This document shows, one piece after another, positions 15,421 through 23,860 of a stretch of 24,015 nt of DNA. Location: positions 1-24,015 of the IMG/VR virus record IMGVR_UViG_3300033981_002233; one strand, written 5' to 3'. The stretch comes from a virus (taxonomy: Duplodnaviria; Caudoviricetes). A program made the position numbers and the translations under genes. Position 1 is the first letter of the stretch; the number at the start of each line of letters is the position of its first letter. The notes under the pieces were generated by a model, which saw only the letters and a program-made list of their open reading frames with translations, was not told where the DNA came from and made no database searches.

Positions 15421-16362
15421 CTATTGCTTTTTTGCGACGAACGCTGCCACTTTGGCTGCCATCTCGTCCACTGTTGTGGCCGCAATGATGATGTCCAGCT
15501 CAGCTCGCATATCGGCCTTAGTAATGCGAATTTGCTGGTCCTTCGCCCAGAGGGTGACCATGGCAGAAACAACATTGCCAAAATGCTGCCAGCTCTTGAT
15601 TTCCGTGGCGCGGGTCATGCCAAGTGTGTCAAGGGCAGCTTTGCCAGCAGTGAGGCTGCGCTGTTCATCTTGGTAGCCCAGCGGATCGGCTTTGCAGAAG
15701 CTTGTCAGGGCCTCTTTGGCATCGAAAGCGGCGGCAGGAGCTGCCTCTGCTCCAGCATCAGCAGCATCTGCTGCAACTGGCGCTTCCTTCTTGCTTCCCC
15801 GCGTTGCAGGCTTCGGAGTTTCCTGTTGGAGCGCGAGTTTGGTCGTTGCTTTTTCATCTTCCTTGGGAATGTCCTCGCCTGCATAAAGACGCAGGCCGAG
15901 GCCAGTGAAGGTGGCAATACACTTAACGGCAGCACGCTGGCAGTTGTCGCTGATAGCGCGACCATCAAGCTGTTGGATGGCATTGTGCTTGCGGTCCATC
16001 ACGGGAAAGATCAGCGCCACTGTGCGCTTGATGCCGTCCGTCAAATAAGGGCGCAGATAATAGTAGCCAGGTCCGCCAAACACCACTTCGCCAATGGTCT
16101 TTTCTTCAAAAGCCACGAAGAGGGCGGGGAAATGCTCCTTGAGGTAGCGGTAGGCAAATGGCCACGACAGATAGGACAGGCCCTTGTAATCCTTTTCGAT
16201 GTGGGGGCCAATGTCAGGGGTGTCGTAAGCCTTCTTGAATTCACCAGCAGTGATTTCCAGAGGGGCGAACACACCGTTGTAGCGATCCATCATTGCTTGT
16301 TTGGAAAAGTCGTCCATTTGGGAAAAGTCGGAAGGAGAATAAAGCGTAAAGGAACTGGTCAT
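15421..16362 (-). CDS. Sak3/DUF1071-like single-strand annealing protein
   Basis: LSYLSWPFAY, FPVMDRKHNAI, CQRAAVKCIA and GLGLRLYAGEDIP. Confidence 0.85.
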   Translation of the reverse strand: MTSSFTLYSPSDFSQMDDFSKQAMMDRYNGVFAPLEITAGEFKKAYDTPDIGPHIEKDYKGLSYLSWPFAYRYLKEHFPALFVAFEEKTIGEVVFGGPGYYYLRPYLTDGIKRTVALIFPVMDRKHNAIQQLDGRAISDNCQRAAVKCIATFTGLGLRLYAGEDIPKEDEKATTKLALQQETPKPATRGSKKEAPVAADAADAGAEAAPAAAFDAKEALTSFCKADPLGYQDEQRSLTAGKAALDTLGMTRATEIKSWQHFGNVVSAMVTLWAKDQQIRITKADMRAELDIIIAATTVDEMAAKVAAFVAKKQ

Positions 16363-16619
16363 TCGTAAATAGTGCGTTTCTCTTTGGCGTCATCGCCATA
16401 GAACAGGACAAACTTCTGTTCTATTTCTTCGTTGGGGAAAACGAGAGAGCATCCTGGCAAAGGCCAATCCGGCACCACGCGAACATCATTAATGGGCTCT
16501 TCGTAGTCGGGGTTGTAGCCCTCTTCAAAGCAACCAAGCTCCCAAACTAGTTTGACTTCTCCATCGCCATGGGAAATCAAAAACTGTTCGGCTGCGTTTT
16601 TAAGCTGAGAAACTTTCAT
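16359..16619 (-). CDS. Hypothetical protein
   Basis: MKVSQLK... start preferred; ATGA overlap with the Sak3 gene. Confidence 0.65.
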   Translation of the reverse strand: MKVSQLKNAAEQFLISHGDGEVKLVWELGCFEEGYNPDYEEPINDVRVVPDWPLPGCSLVFPNEEIEQKFVLFYGDDAKEKRTIYE

Positions 16620-16887
16620 CGTCAGCAAGCAGAGAATCAGGGGAGTTGTTGAGGGAGACGGCATAGTCCTCAATCAAAGAGAACGCACCATCCGCGAGAG
16701 TGGCGCTGCCTTCCCAAACGGGGGTGGAACGCACAAGACGCTCCATGGTTTCGCTCAGGGACAGACGCGCCTCATGGGCGATGTTGGTGAGATGGAGAAA
16801 GGCGGTGTCAGTCATCGTGAAATGACGCCCTTTCTTGGTCTCCCCGTAGCCAGGTGGTTTTACGGGCAATGCAATCATGGCCAGCAT
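16600..16887 (-). CDS. Ribbon-helix-helix (CopG-like) regulator; start uncertain
   Basis: YGETKKGRHFTMTDTAFLHLTNIAHEARLSLSETMERLVR fits the RHH pattern; first gene after the promoter at 16901-16929. Confidence 0.6.
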   Translation of the reverse strand: MLAMIALPVKPPGYGETKKGRHFTMTDTAFLHLTNIAHEARLSLSETMERLVRSTPVWEGSATLADGAFSLIEDYAVSLNNSPDSLLADDESFSA

Positions 16888-16900
16888 GGACAACGTGGCC

Positions 16901-16929
16901 ATGTTAGCCATAGTTCCCTGGGGCGTCAA
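16901..16929 (-). promoter_or_regulatory. Sigma70-type promoter of the leftward operon
   Basis: Minus strand TTGACG-17bp-TAACAT. Confidence 0.65.
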
Positions 16930-17020
16930 CCACGGGCTTTCTGAAGCTCGCCTTAAGAAACAGCAGGGGGCTTACAGGACGGCTTTTTCCTGCTAGAACC
17001 GCCCTATCTCTTGCTACGCC

Positions 17021-18985
17021 ATGGCATTTTCTATTCTGGAGCACCTCGGCAAACTGGAGCCCAGCGATCACGCAGGCAAATATATCTGCCCAGCATGCGA
17101 CGGAAACGACTTTTCCGTCAACGAAGAAACCGGCGCATACAACTGTTTCAACGACACCTCTGCCAAACATCGCGCTGAAATACGCAACGCCATCGCGCCA
17201 TTAGAACGATGGGAGCGTCCGCAGCGCCCCTATCAAAGATATACTTTTCCCTACGCAAACCGTGACGGCGCAACGGTTCTGGAGGTGGTGCGCGACGATT
17301 CGTCGGGCAAGAAAAGCATTCGCCAGCAATATCCAACCATTCCCTCTGATGTACAAAAACGCAAGAAAGTAATTGATGAAATTAGAACAAACATACTGCC
17401 CTATCGCTATCAAGAAGCCCTTGATTTTTCTAAGGCAAATAGTCTTCCAATCTTTGTTGTTGAAGGCGAATTGTGTTGTGACAGGCTTTGGGAAGTAGGG
17501 CTTCCTGCTGTTACTTTTCTTGGTGGCAGTGGGCAATATCGAAGCAACGGTGACTATTCTTTACTGTTTCGCCAGCACCAATTAGTTCTTTGCCCAGATC
17601 GTGATGAGCCTGGCGTTGCGCTCATGCGCGAAGTGGCGGCTGATAATCCTGGCTCACAGTGGCTCTATGCGGAGCCGGACAGTTTTGAATGGGAAAGCCT
17701 GCCACAAAACGGCGGCTATGACATGGCCGATTGGTTGGATGACGGTGCCGACCAAGAACTGATTCTTGCCTCCATCGTCTTTAAAGACCGGCACGAAGGC
17801 CGCGACGGGCGGCCCTCTTTTGAGGAGATTATCGCCACATTTGAACGCATGGTTGGCCTTTACAACAACGATGCGAGAGTAATTTTTGAAGCGAGAGAGT
17901 GGCTAACGCTTCATGAAGTGAAGATGCCAGCCACGGAAGTGGAGAAGCTCCTGGCTGAAGCAAGGTCTCGCGTGCATGGCCGCGAGGAGATGGAAGTGAT
18001 GGACGCCAAGACCATCGCCATGTCTGAAGATTCTCGCGCTTGGACCATTGCAGGCATCCTGCCGGAGAGCAGCGTCATGCTGCTGGCTGCAGCGCCTGGT
18101 AGCGGCAAGAGCACGCTTCTGTACAACTGGGCATTGCACGTTGCCACTGGCTCTCCATGGAGCCGTCGCCGTTGCAAGAAAGGCAAATCTCTCATCATTC
18201 AATGCGACGAGCCAGTGGTCGATGCTGCAGAAAAGATGCAAATTATTGGCTACGACGACAACGAAAATTTAGACAAGGGCGACATTGGTTTTATTGACCG
18301 CTGGCGCTTCAATAACATCCCTCAGCTTTTGTCTTATATCAAAAAGCATCGCCCGCAGCTCATCATGATTGACAGTCTCACCTCCTGCCTTGCTGGCATG
18401 GACGTGGATTTGATTCGCTCTGACGCTGGTAATTGCATTTACGAACTCCGTGACATTGCCAATGAATATGAATGCAGCATTGTCATCCTTCACCACTTAA
18501 ACAAAAGTGGTGGCATTCGTGACAGTTCCAGTTTTGAGGCCAACGTCAGCGAAGTGGTCAAACTGTATCGGCAGGACAACAATTACGACACGACGCAGTT
18601 CATCTTTGAATGGACGAAGAGCCGAAGTGGCCTGGCTGGGAAGCATTTCCTACGGCGAGACCCAGCTACGTATGGTTGGTTTTATGAAGGGCCAGTCAAT
18701 GGCGGCAGGGATGATCTTGATCGTTTGGTGCAGGCCGTTGACACGCAGAACACGCGACGGTTTGACCGCATGGCATTGTCCCGGCACGTAAGCAGCTTTG
18801 ATAGCAATTTGGCTGGCCGTCTTGCTGAACAGGCCCGCCGTCAAGGGCTGTTAACTAGCAGCTTTAACGTGGGTCCGAATGGTGAGCGCACCCGCCTCTA
18901 CCAATCATGGAACTATAAAGAAGAAGATTTCACTGTTGCCGCTGCTCCTGAACCTATCGTTGAAGACGACGATATCTGGTTCTAG
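17021..18985 (+). CDS. Primase-helicase (Zn finger + TOPRIM + RepA/AAA_25-type helicase)
   Basis: CPACDG...YNCF; FVVEGE and CPDRDEPG (TOPRIM); AAPGSGKS (Walker A); IMIDSL (Walker B); ILHHLNK. Confidence 0.9.
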   Translation: MAFSILEHLGKLEPSDHAGKYICPACDGNDFSVNEETGAYNCFNDTSAKHRAEIRNAIAPLERWERPQRPYQRYTFPYANRDGATVLEVVRDDSSGKKSIRQQYPTIPSDVQKRKKVIDEIRTNILPYRYQEALDFSKANSLPIFVVEGELCCDRLWEVGLPAVTFLGGSGQYRSNGDYSLLFRQHQLVLCPDRDEPGVALMREVAADNPGSQWLYAEPDSFEWESLPQNGGYDMADWLDDGADQELILASIVFKDRHEGRDGRPSFEEIIATFERMVGLYNNDARVIFEAREWLTLHEVKMPATEVEKLLAEARSRVHGREEMEVMDAKTIAMSEDSRAWTIAGILPESSVMLLAAAPGSGKSTLLYNWALHVATGSPWSRRRCKKGKSLIIQCDEPVVDAAEKMQIIGYDDNENLDKGDIGFIDRWRFNNIPQLLSYIKKHRPQLIMIDSLTSCLAGMDVDLIRSDAGNCIYELRDIANEYECSIVILHHLNKSGGIRDSSSFEANVSEVVKLYRQDNNYDTTQFIFEWTKSRSGLAGKHFLRRDPATYGWFYEGPVNGGRDDLDRLVQAVDTQNTRRFDRMALSRHVSSFDSNLAGRLAEQARRQGLLTSSFNVGPNGERTRLYQSWNYKEEDFTVAAAPEPIVEDDDIWF

Positions 18986-18997
18986 TCAATAGTGAGG

Positions 18998-19020
18998 GAG
19001 GCTCTGTAGCTAGCCTCCCC
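18998..19020. terminator. GC-rich hairpin after the primase-helicase
   Basis: GGAGGCT...AGCCTCC stem; no U-tract. Confidence 0.4.
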
Positions 19021-19074
19021 GCCGTCTACCGCAGCGGACGACTTATTAGATTGTAAGAAATATTTGTCATTGCC

Positions 19075-19233
19075 ATGAAGATTACTTGGAACGATGAGCC
19101 AACGGCGCCTGAAGCGCCGTTTTTTGCTGCACCTCAAGCGGAAGAAGAACTAGAGCCTCTCGATGAAGAGGAAGAGGAGGAAGAGGAGGATTCGCCAGCG
19201 TGCTCCTGGCGGGGACAGGGCTTTGGCTCTTGA
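19075..19233 (+). CDS. Highly acidic 52-aa protein
   Basis: Manually translated: MKITWNDEPTAPEAPFFAAPQAEEELEPLDEEEEEEEEDSPACSWRGQGFGS. Confidence 0.55.
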   Translation: MKITWNDEPTAPEAPFFAAPQAEEELEPLDEEEEEEEEDSPACSWRGQGFGS

Positions 19234-19359
19234 GCGTGTGCCATTCTGAGCACTGGCACAATTGCGCTTGGCCGGTGTGCTTATAGTGGTTCCGGAAAGT
19301 CCCGCGAGTAACCACTCACCAAAGCGAGCTTCTCCAGCCTCCCTGGCCTTCTAGACCAA

Positions 19360-19483
19360 GCGTAGCCCCCAAGGGCGGAGCGCTCCAGACCCAGGCCAAA
19401 ACTCCCTAAAAACAACGGGCTAGACGAGGCCATAAACCTCCGCCAGGCCGGTCAAGACATAGTGGAGCCCCCAAGGGCGGAAC
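19360..19483. repeat. Two copies of a hairpin repeat (core AGCCCCCAAGGGCGGA at 19364-19379 and 19466-19481); candidate replication origin element
   Basis: 16-bp exact direct repeat with a 102-bp period, in a ~320-bp non-coding gap downstream of the primase-helicase. Confidence 0.65.
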
Positions 19484-19556
19484 GTGCAGGACAAAGGCCA
19501 AAGAAGCCTTCAAACAAAAATCCTGCTACTAGCATTGCAACGATTAATTCCAAACA

Positions 19557-19790
19557 ATGCTTAACGCTCCGCGCTCTGTTGACCACTTGCCCTTGCTAGT
19601 GCATAACGGAGTGGAAATTCAGCCAATTATTCATTACGGCTTTTCATCGCCTAATAAAGGGCCACGTCCAGCTTCTCGCACTCTCTATGGAGCACGCGAT
19701 AACAATGGAGAGCGCCATTGGCGCTCTAGTCTTGACGAAATTCAACAATTAATAGATAAAGGCTTTGCTATTGACAATGCTGAGCAATGA
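19557..19790 (+). CDS. Hypothetical protein, 77 aa
   Basis: ATG ORF at the head of a coupled run of genes. Confidence 0.65.
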   Translation: MLNAPRSVDHLPLLVHNGVEIQPIIHYGFSSPNKGPRPASRTLYGARDNNGERHWRSSLDEIQQLIDKGFAIDNAEQ

Positions 19791-19945
19791 CCAAGCTTTC
19801 TGCTGATGAAATTAATCGTCTCATTGACGAAAAAATTCGCCAGCACGAAATTAGAGTGGCTCTGACAAGCGGCGCTATTGGCGCCGCTCTTTTTCTAGGC
19901 ATCTTTCATGCCATTGGTTTATTGAATCATGACCTTCGCCCCTGA
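19787..19945 (+). CDS. Small membrane protein, 52 aa (MTKLSADEINRLIDEKIRQHEIRVALTSGAIGAALFLGIFHAIGLLNHDLRP)
   Basis: Manually translated; ATGA overlap; one TM helix. Confidence 0.7.
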   Translation: MTKLSADEINRLIDEKIRQHEIRVALTSGAIGAALFLGIFHAIGLLNHDLRP

Positions 19946-20111
19946 ATTTCCGGCATCCCAAGAGTTGTCTGATAATGAATGGCAAGAACTTTGCAAATTG
20001 AAAGCTGCCATTGATGAAGCTCCGGCCACTGTCGTGGCCTCGCAAATGGAACGTTTCACTGAGCTATTCGTGCGTACTCTCCATGGAAAGGGAGATACAA
20101 TGCATGGATGA
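19929..20111 (+). CDS. Hypothetical 60-aa protein of a small cyanophage-type family
   Basis: EWQELCKLKAAIDEAPATV...MERFTELFVRTL. Confidence 0.7.
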   Translation: MTFAPEFPASQELSDNEWQELCKLKAAIDEAPATVVASQMERFTELFVRTLHGKGDTMHG

Positions 20112-20123
20112 ATAGAAAAGCGT

Positions 20124-20873
20124 ATGGCACGGCCTGAGATTACGTTTGGCAGTCCAGAAGAGGAGCTTGAATATGCTTCCAATGCATTGAAGAAAGCTGG
20201 TATTTCTGAAAGCCAGTTTGAAGCAGTTCGTGACACGCAAGTGCATGGTGGTACTGGTGCAGCAGGCTATAGCAAAGATATGCTTGGCCTTAGGCGATGG
20301 ATGGTGCAAGAATTATTGGCGGCGTCAATGAGCAATCGCCAGATTGCGAATGTTCTGAAGCTAAGTAAAGAAACAGTCAATGGTGACAGGAAGTTTAATC
20401 GCCTGCTTTATACAGAAGAAATTTTGAAGAATCAAGACGTGCATCGAGCACGTCTTCTTAAAGAGCAAATGGACCTTAAGGACATGGCCCTACAAAGCTT
20501 TGAGAATAGTAAAAAGAAACGAATTATTACAATGTCTGACAATAACGGGCAAAGTAATGAAACAGTGAGGCTTGAGGAAACTGCTGGTGATTCAGCATTT
20601 TTGACAGTGGCAAAAAATAGTCTCGTAGAACAGGCCAAGCTATTGGGCCTCCATGAGGCCCGGCCAGCAGAACAGCAAGACACCAGCTACAGAAAATTCC
20701 TCCAGGATTTGTCCACAACCATTCAAAAAGAAAAAGAATCTAAAGCTACAGAGGAACGCAGGGAGAATGCCCTGCCCGCCAGTGCAGAGGCTATCAGTTT
20801 CGACCCATCGCCAGAAAACGAGCCATGGCCCGAGACGATGCCTTTACAAACAATTAATGAAGATGACTATTGA
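20124..20873 (+). CDS. HTH protein, terminase small subunit-like
   Basis: MSNRQIANVLKLSKETVNGDRK HTH, helical region, AGDSAFL...EQAKLLGL. No large terminase in the window. Confidence 0.6.
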   Translation: MARPEITFGSPEEELEYASNALKKAGISESQFEAVRDTQVHGGTGAAGYSKDMLGLRRWMVQELLAASMSNRQIANVLKLSKETVNGDRKFNRLLYTEEILKNQDVHRARLLKEQMDLKDMALQSFENSKKKRIITMSDNNGQSNETVRLEETAGDSAFLTVAKNSLVEQAKLLGLHEARPAEQQDTSYRKFLQDLSTTIQKEKESKATEERRENALPASAEAISFDPSPENEPWPETMPLQTINEDDY

Positions 20874-20898
20874 CAGGCATGGCTAGCCTGTGCATACT
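20870..20898 (+). promoter_or_regulatory. Sigma70-type promoter containing an inverted repeat
   Basis: TTGACA-17bp-CATACT; ACAGGC-N7-GCCTGT palindrome. Confidence 0.6.
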
Positions 20899-20918
20899 GC
20901 CATAGTTGCCAGATCCTC

Positions 20919-21344
20919 TTGGACTCTTCCTTCTCCACCGTCAATGACTTCCTGCGCCAGGCAACCGATGCCAAGGCCAGTAAAAAGGAGGCTATCGCCT
21001 CCTCCATCTCCCCTCACCTACAGGATCCTGGTACTGTTGGCGTGCCTCCTAAGTTTGCCAGGAGCATTGACCATCTTGTTAGTAACTATGGCGATGAAGC
21101 CTATCGGCAAATTGCGTTATTTGCCCTTGGTAAGTGGTTTGAGGCCCATACTGAAGCAGCAGAGGATCTCTTTGACAATAGTCAGCTTTCCGAAGCCTGT
21201 GCTTGCTTGATGGACGCCACGCGCATCAGCGACAGTCTTCATCTTGTTTGTGAAGTGGGCAGTCTTGGCGGCAGTGAAGACTGGAAGGAAATGCTGGAGA
21301 AAGAAATCAGTCAGGCCATTTTGGAAGACATTGAAGAGCGATGA
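20919..21344 (+). CDS. Hypothetical protein, 141 aa
   Basis: TTG start just after the promoter; ATGA-coupled to the next gene. Confidence 0.7.
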   Translation: MDSSFSTVNDFLRQATDAKASKKEAIASSISPHLQDPGTVGVPPKFARSIDHLVSNYGDEAYRQIALFALGKWFEAHTEAAEDLFDNSQLSEACACLMDATRISDSLHLVCEVGSLGGSEDWKEMLEKEISQAILEDIEER

Positions 21345-21505
21345 ACGTCTGTCGCACCTTCCTGATCATCACTGCTGACGGCCAGCGCATTGCCCTTGGA
21401 GCCATTTCTCCTAAACAGGCAGAGCACTTCCTGGCCGTTATACGGCCTGATTTGAAGGTGGCATTGGTGGAAGAAATTAAACCATTGCCAGAGCCTGAGC
21501 TGTGA
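21341..21505 (+). CDS. Hypothetical 54-aa protein (MNVCRTFLIITADGQRIALGAISPKQAEHFLAVIRPDLKVALVEEIKPLPEPEL)
   Basis: Manually translated; ATGA and TGATG overlaps at its two ends. Confidence 0.7.
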   Translation: MNVCRTFLIITADGQRIALGAISPKQAEHFLAVIRPDLKVALVEEIKPLPEPEL

Positions 21506-21687
21506 TGCGCCTTTCTTTTCATTGCAACAGCACAACTGGCCATCTCCGTATTGGCAAGCTATGCATGGTCTGGCGAAATGCAGTGCCTAGCGGCACTTTC
21601 ATCTATGGGAATGGTTATGAGCATCTTTACAATTGTTTTGGCGAAACTTCCCTATCCTGGGGCAATCGTTCTTTTCTTTTCCATTGA
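21505..21687 (+). CDS. Hypothetical 60-aa protein
   Basis: TGATG coupling to the upstream gene. Confidence 0.6.
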   Translation: MRLSFHCNSTTGHLRIGKLCMVWRNAVPSGTFIYGNGYEHLYNCFGETSLSWGNRSFLFH

Positions 21688-21690
21688 ACA

Positions 21691-22092
21691 ATGGACGGGC
21701 AACTAGCGCTCCTGACGGAGCTTGTTCCAACAGTGCATATATGCATCCCTCCTGAACTGGAAGAAGATGCTAGGGCATTAGCTGCAGAAAACCCGCCCAT
21801 TCATCCTGCATGGGCTAAGGCCAAGCGTCGTGGCCGGCATTTTGTCATCAGCACCAACAATCTCGATGACATTTCGGAGATCGCAGACTTTGCTCGCTGC
21901 TGCATCGAGGAACCGGCTGCTCCCCTAACGAAGGCTAAGCGGCAGGCCCTCCAGATCCTCCTAGACAGGGCTTATAGACATGCTGAGCTGGAGCCTATGG
22001 GGCATTGCCATTGCATGGCCGTGAAGTGGCGGGAGAAGCCGCTGAGCACTGGCGTAGTGGCTAAACACTTGCGGAGCAATAAGAAACGCTAA
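21691..22092 (+). CDS. Hypothetical protein, 133 aa
   Basis: ATG 3 bp after the previous stop. Confidence 0.7.
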   Translation: MDGQLALLTELVPTVHICIPPELEEDARALAAENPPIHPAWAKAKRRGRHFVISTNNLDDISEIADFARCCIEEPAAPLTKAKRQALQILLDRAYRHAELEPMGHCHCMAVKWREKPLSTGVVAKHLRSNKKR

Positions 22093-22104
22093 TCATTGCA
22101 GGGC

Positions 22105-22133
22105 TTGACGAGGAAATGGCTGGCCTGTAAATT
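22105..22133 (+). promoter_or_regulatory. Sigma70-type promoter
   Basis: TTGACG-17bp-TAAATT in an intergenic gap. Confidence 0.65.
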
Positions 22134-22172
22134 GCCAGCAAGCAAGACCGATCTTGCCTCGTTTTTCAAACC

Positions 22173-22508
22173 ATGACTGCTTCCTCTTTTTATCGACCAT
22201 TGGCTAAGGAAGGCATTAGCGCCTTCAATGTCAGAGGCCAAATGATCATGAGCATGGGCGAGCCCTTGGTTCAGCGCCATTTCACTGTTAATGAACTGCA
22301 GGAATTTACCTGCACATTAGAAAAGGCTATTGAAGAAGAGCCTAATTTCACGCAACGTCTGGCATTGCAACGTATTCTCTGCTGCTTTGTCGTGAGCATT
22401 GACACGCTTAAGGAAAACCACGAAGAATTCATACAATATGCTCCCACTGGCGCTGATCTTGAAGAATATCTGACCAGCTATTGCAAAGCAATCAAAGGCA
22501 CCTTCTAA
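22173..22508 (+). CDS. Hypothetical protein, 111 aa
   Basis: First ORF after the promoter; TAATG-coupled to the next gene. Confidence 0.7.
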   Translation: MTASSFYRPLAKEGISAFNVRGQMIMSMGEPLVQRHFTVNELQEFTCTLEKAIEEEPNFTQRLALQRILCCFVVSIDTLKENHEEFIQYAPTGADLEEYLTSYCKAIKGTF

Positions 22509-22687
22509 TGGCAAATATTAATCATTTGCATGATGTGGTGTTTGACTACATCGAAGATGGAAAAGCCCATCAGCTCTTGCCTGACTTTATGCAAGTAGTT
22601 AATGAGCTTTATGATTGCTATCGAACCAAGGAGCAAGCATTAGCTCCCGTGGTCAGTCGTCTTTCTTCTCTTGCTTTTGAACCATGA
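22508..22687 (+). CDS. Hypothetical 59-aa protein
   Basis: TAATG and ATGA coupling. Confidence 0.65.
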   Translation: MANINHLHDVVFDYIEDGKAHQLLPDFMQVVNELYDCYRTKEQALAPVVSRLSSLAFEP

Positions 22688-23037
22688 ACATTCCTGCATT
22701 TAAAAACGATGGTCATGAGGCTGAATATTGGCACATCTTTGACCATTACAAAAGCCGCTACCTTGACTGTCTTCAAGATGTGAAGGAGGCCATGTTTCCT
22801 GGCTATTCCTACACGCAGCTCAGCGGCCCTCTCGTTGATTGCATTCGCCATGTTGCCGATGAAATTATTTATGCAGCGACAGACGACTTTGAACGGGCTC
22901 ATCCTGAATACAAGGGCGACGACGCTGGCTTCTATGTAAGACCAGGCAGTCTTAAGGACAGCATGCAAGAAGCCCTAAAAGACTTTTGGCATGGAGACAT
23001 CAATGACAATGGAGGCAAGAATAATGATAATTCCTGA
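22684..23037 (+). CDS. Hypothetical acidic protein, 117 aa
   Basis: ATGA coupling. Confidence 0.7.
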   Translation: MNIPAFKNDGHEAEYWHIFDHYKSRYLDCLQDVKEAMFPGYSYTQLSGPLVDCIRHVADEIIYAATDDFERAHPEYKGDDAGFYVRPGSLKDSMQEALKDFWHGDINDNGGKNNDNS

Positions 23038-23191
23038 AGACTACGAAAACGATCCGCTGCTGGATTGGGACTATGAGCAACGGAAACAACGTCCGCTTAC
23101 GTTGCAACAATTGGAAGATCGTCTTGCTTTTTGGCGAGAGCGACAAAACACTCTTTACCTGGAGCTTTACCGTGCCGCCACTTCCATATAG
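23024..23191 (+). CDS. Hypothetical 55-aa protein
   Basis: GGAGG at 23011 precedes ATG 23024. Confidence 0.6.
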   Translation: MIIPEDYENDPLLDWDYEQRKQRPLTLQQLEDRLAFWRERQNTLYLELYRAATSI

Positions 23192-23429
23192 TTATAAGCT
23201 GCAACGATTCAATGGCAAAAGTAAAACGTGGGAAGATATCAATATTGTTGATGGCATTCCAGACCTTCGCGAAACAATCGAAGCTTTAGAAGCCACTGTT
23301 GACATGCAGCGCATCAAAATGCTGCATATGGCCAATGCCGTTGCCAATCAACTGCCGGACAGGGATAAATTCTTTGCTGACTTTTTAGGCCCTGACGAAA
23401 ATTCTCCATCCGAGCCTCCCCTTCCATAG
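23172..23429 (+). CDS. Hypothetical protein (GTG start inferred)
   Basis: GGAG at 23161 precedes GTG 23172; a terminator follows. Confidence 0.6.
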   Translation: MPPLPYSYKLQRFNGKSKTWEDINIVDGIPDLRETIEALEATVDMQRIKMLHMANAVANQLPDRDKFFADFLGPDENSPSEPPLP

Positions 23430-23582
23430 TCAATCCTCTAAAGCCCCATCAGGGGCTTTTTCTTTTGTCCATGAATGGTCGCCAGGGATGGGCTCAGTGC
23501 CATATTCCCAATCGTCATATTCCTCCCCGTTCCTCAGCCATCGCGCTAAACGCTCACAATCTTGCTCAGGCGACAGTTTCAT
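23430..23582 (-). CDS. Hypothetical 50-aa acidic protein (MKLSPEQDCERLARWLRNGEEYDDWEYGTEPIPGDHSW...)
   Basis: ATG 23582 preferred; the longer track ORF runs through a terminator. Confidence 0.6.
   Translation of the reverse strand: MKLSPEQDCERLARWLRNGEEYDDWEYGTEPIPGDHSWTKEKAPDGALED
23440..23465 (+). terminator. Intrinsic terminator
   Basis: AAAGCCCC-ATCA-GGGGCTTTTTCTTT. Confidence 0.7.
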
Positions 23583-23630
23583 GCCCCGGCCAGCAATGTA
23601 TAGGCCGAGTCTAGCTGGCTTCGTATAGGC

Positions 23631-23660
23631 AAAAAGAAAGGAGGGCTTTCGCCCTCCTTT
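23631..23660 (-). terminator. Intrinsic terminator
   Basis: Minus strand AAAGGAGGGC-GAAA-GCCCTCCTTT followed by CTTTTT. Confidence 0.8.
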
Positions 23661-23860
23661 CCCTTTGTGTGGCCTCCGATACGACGGCTCCCATCGAGCC
23701 CTCCTCCAGAAGATCAGCAATGGGGACAATGCGCCTCGCAGGGAACCATGATAGACCCTTGGCCGAACCATACAGTCTGGCCCGCATTGTCAGTCGCGCT
23801 TGTCCTTACGGCCCGCCTTGCGACGGGAGCAGCGATTAAGCCGCCTAAGCCGACCACTTC
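23631..23860 (-). ncRNA. Candidate ~230-nt structured non-coding RNA
   Basis: TATAGT -10 at 23865-23870 (minus); several GNRA-capped hairpins; 9-bp long-range stem; strong terminator. Confidence 0.5.

Noticed and set aside
15319-16368. 349-aa plus-strand ORF
   Set aside because: Antisense shadow of the well-supported Sak3-like gene; no recognisable motifs.
19360-19483. Mini CRISPR array
   Set aside because: Only two 16-bp copies with an 86-bp gap, and no cas genes.
23690-23860. Group I intron or tRNA
   Set aside because: GCGAC...AATGCGGG loosely recalls group I P3/P4, but no R/S (P7) elements, interrupted gene or cloverleaf were found.
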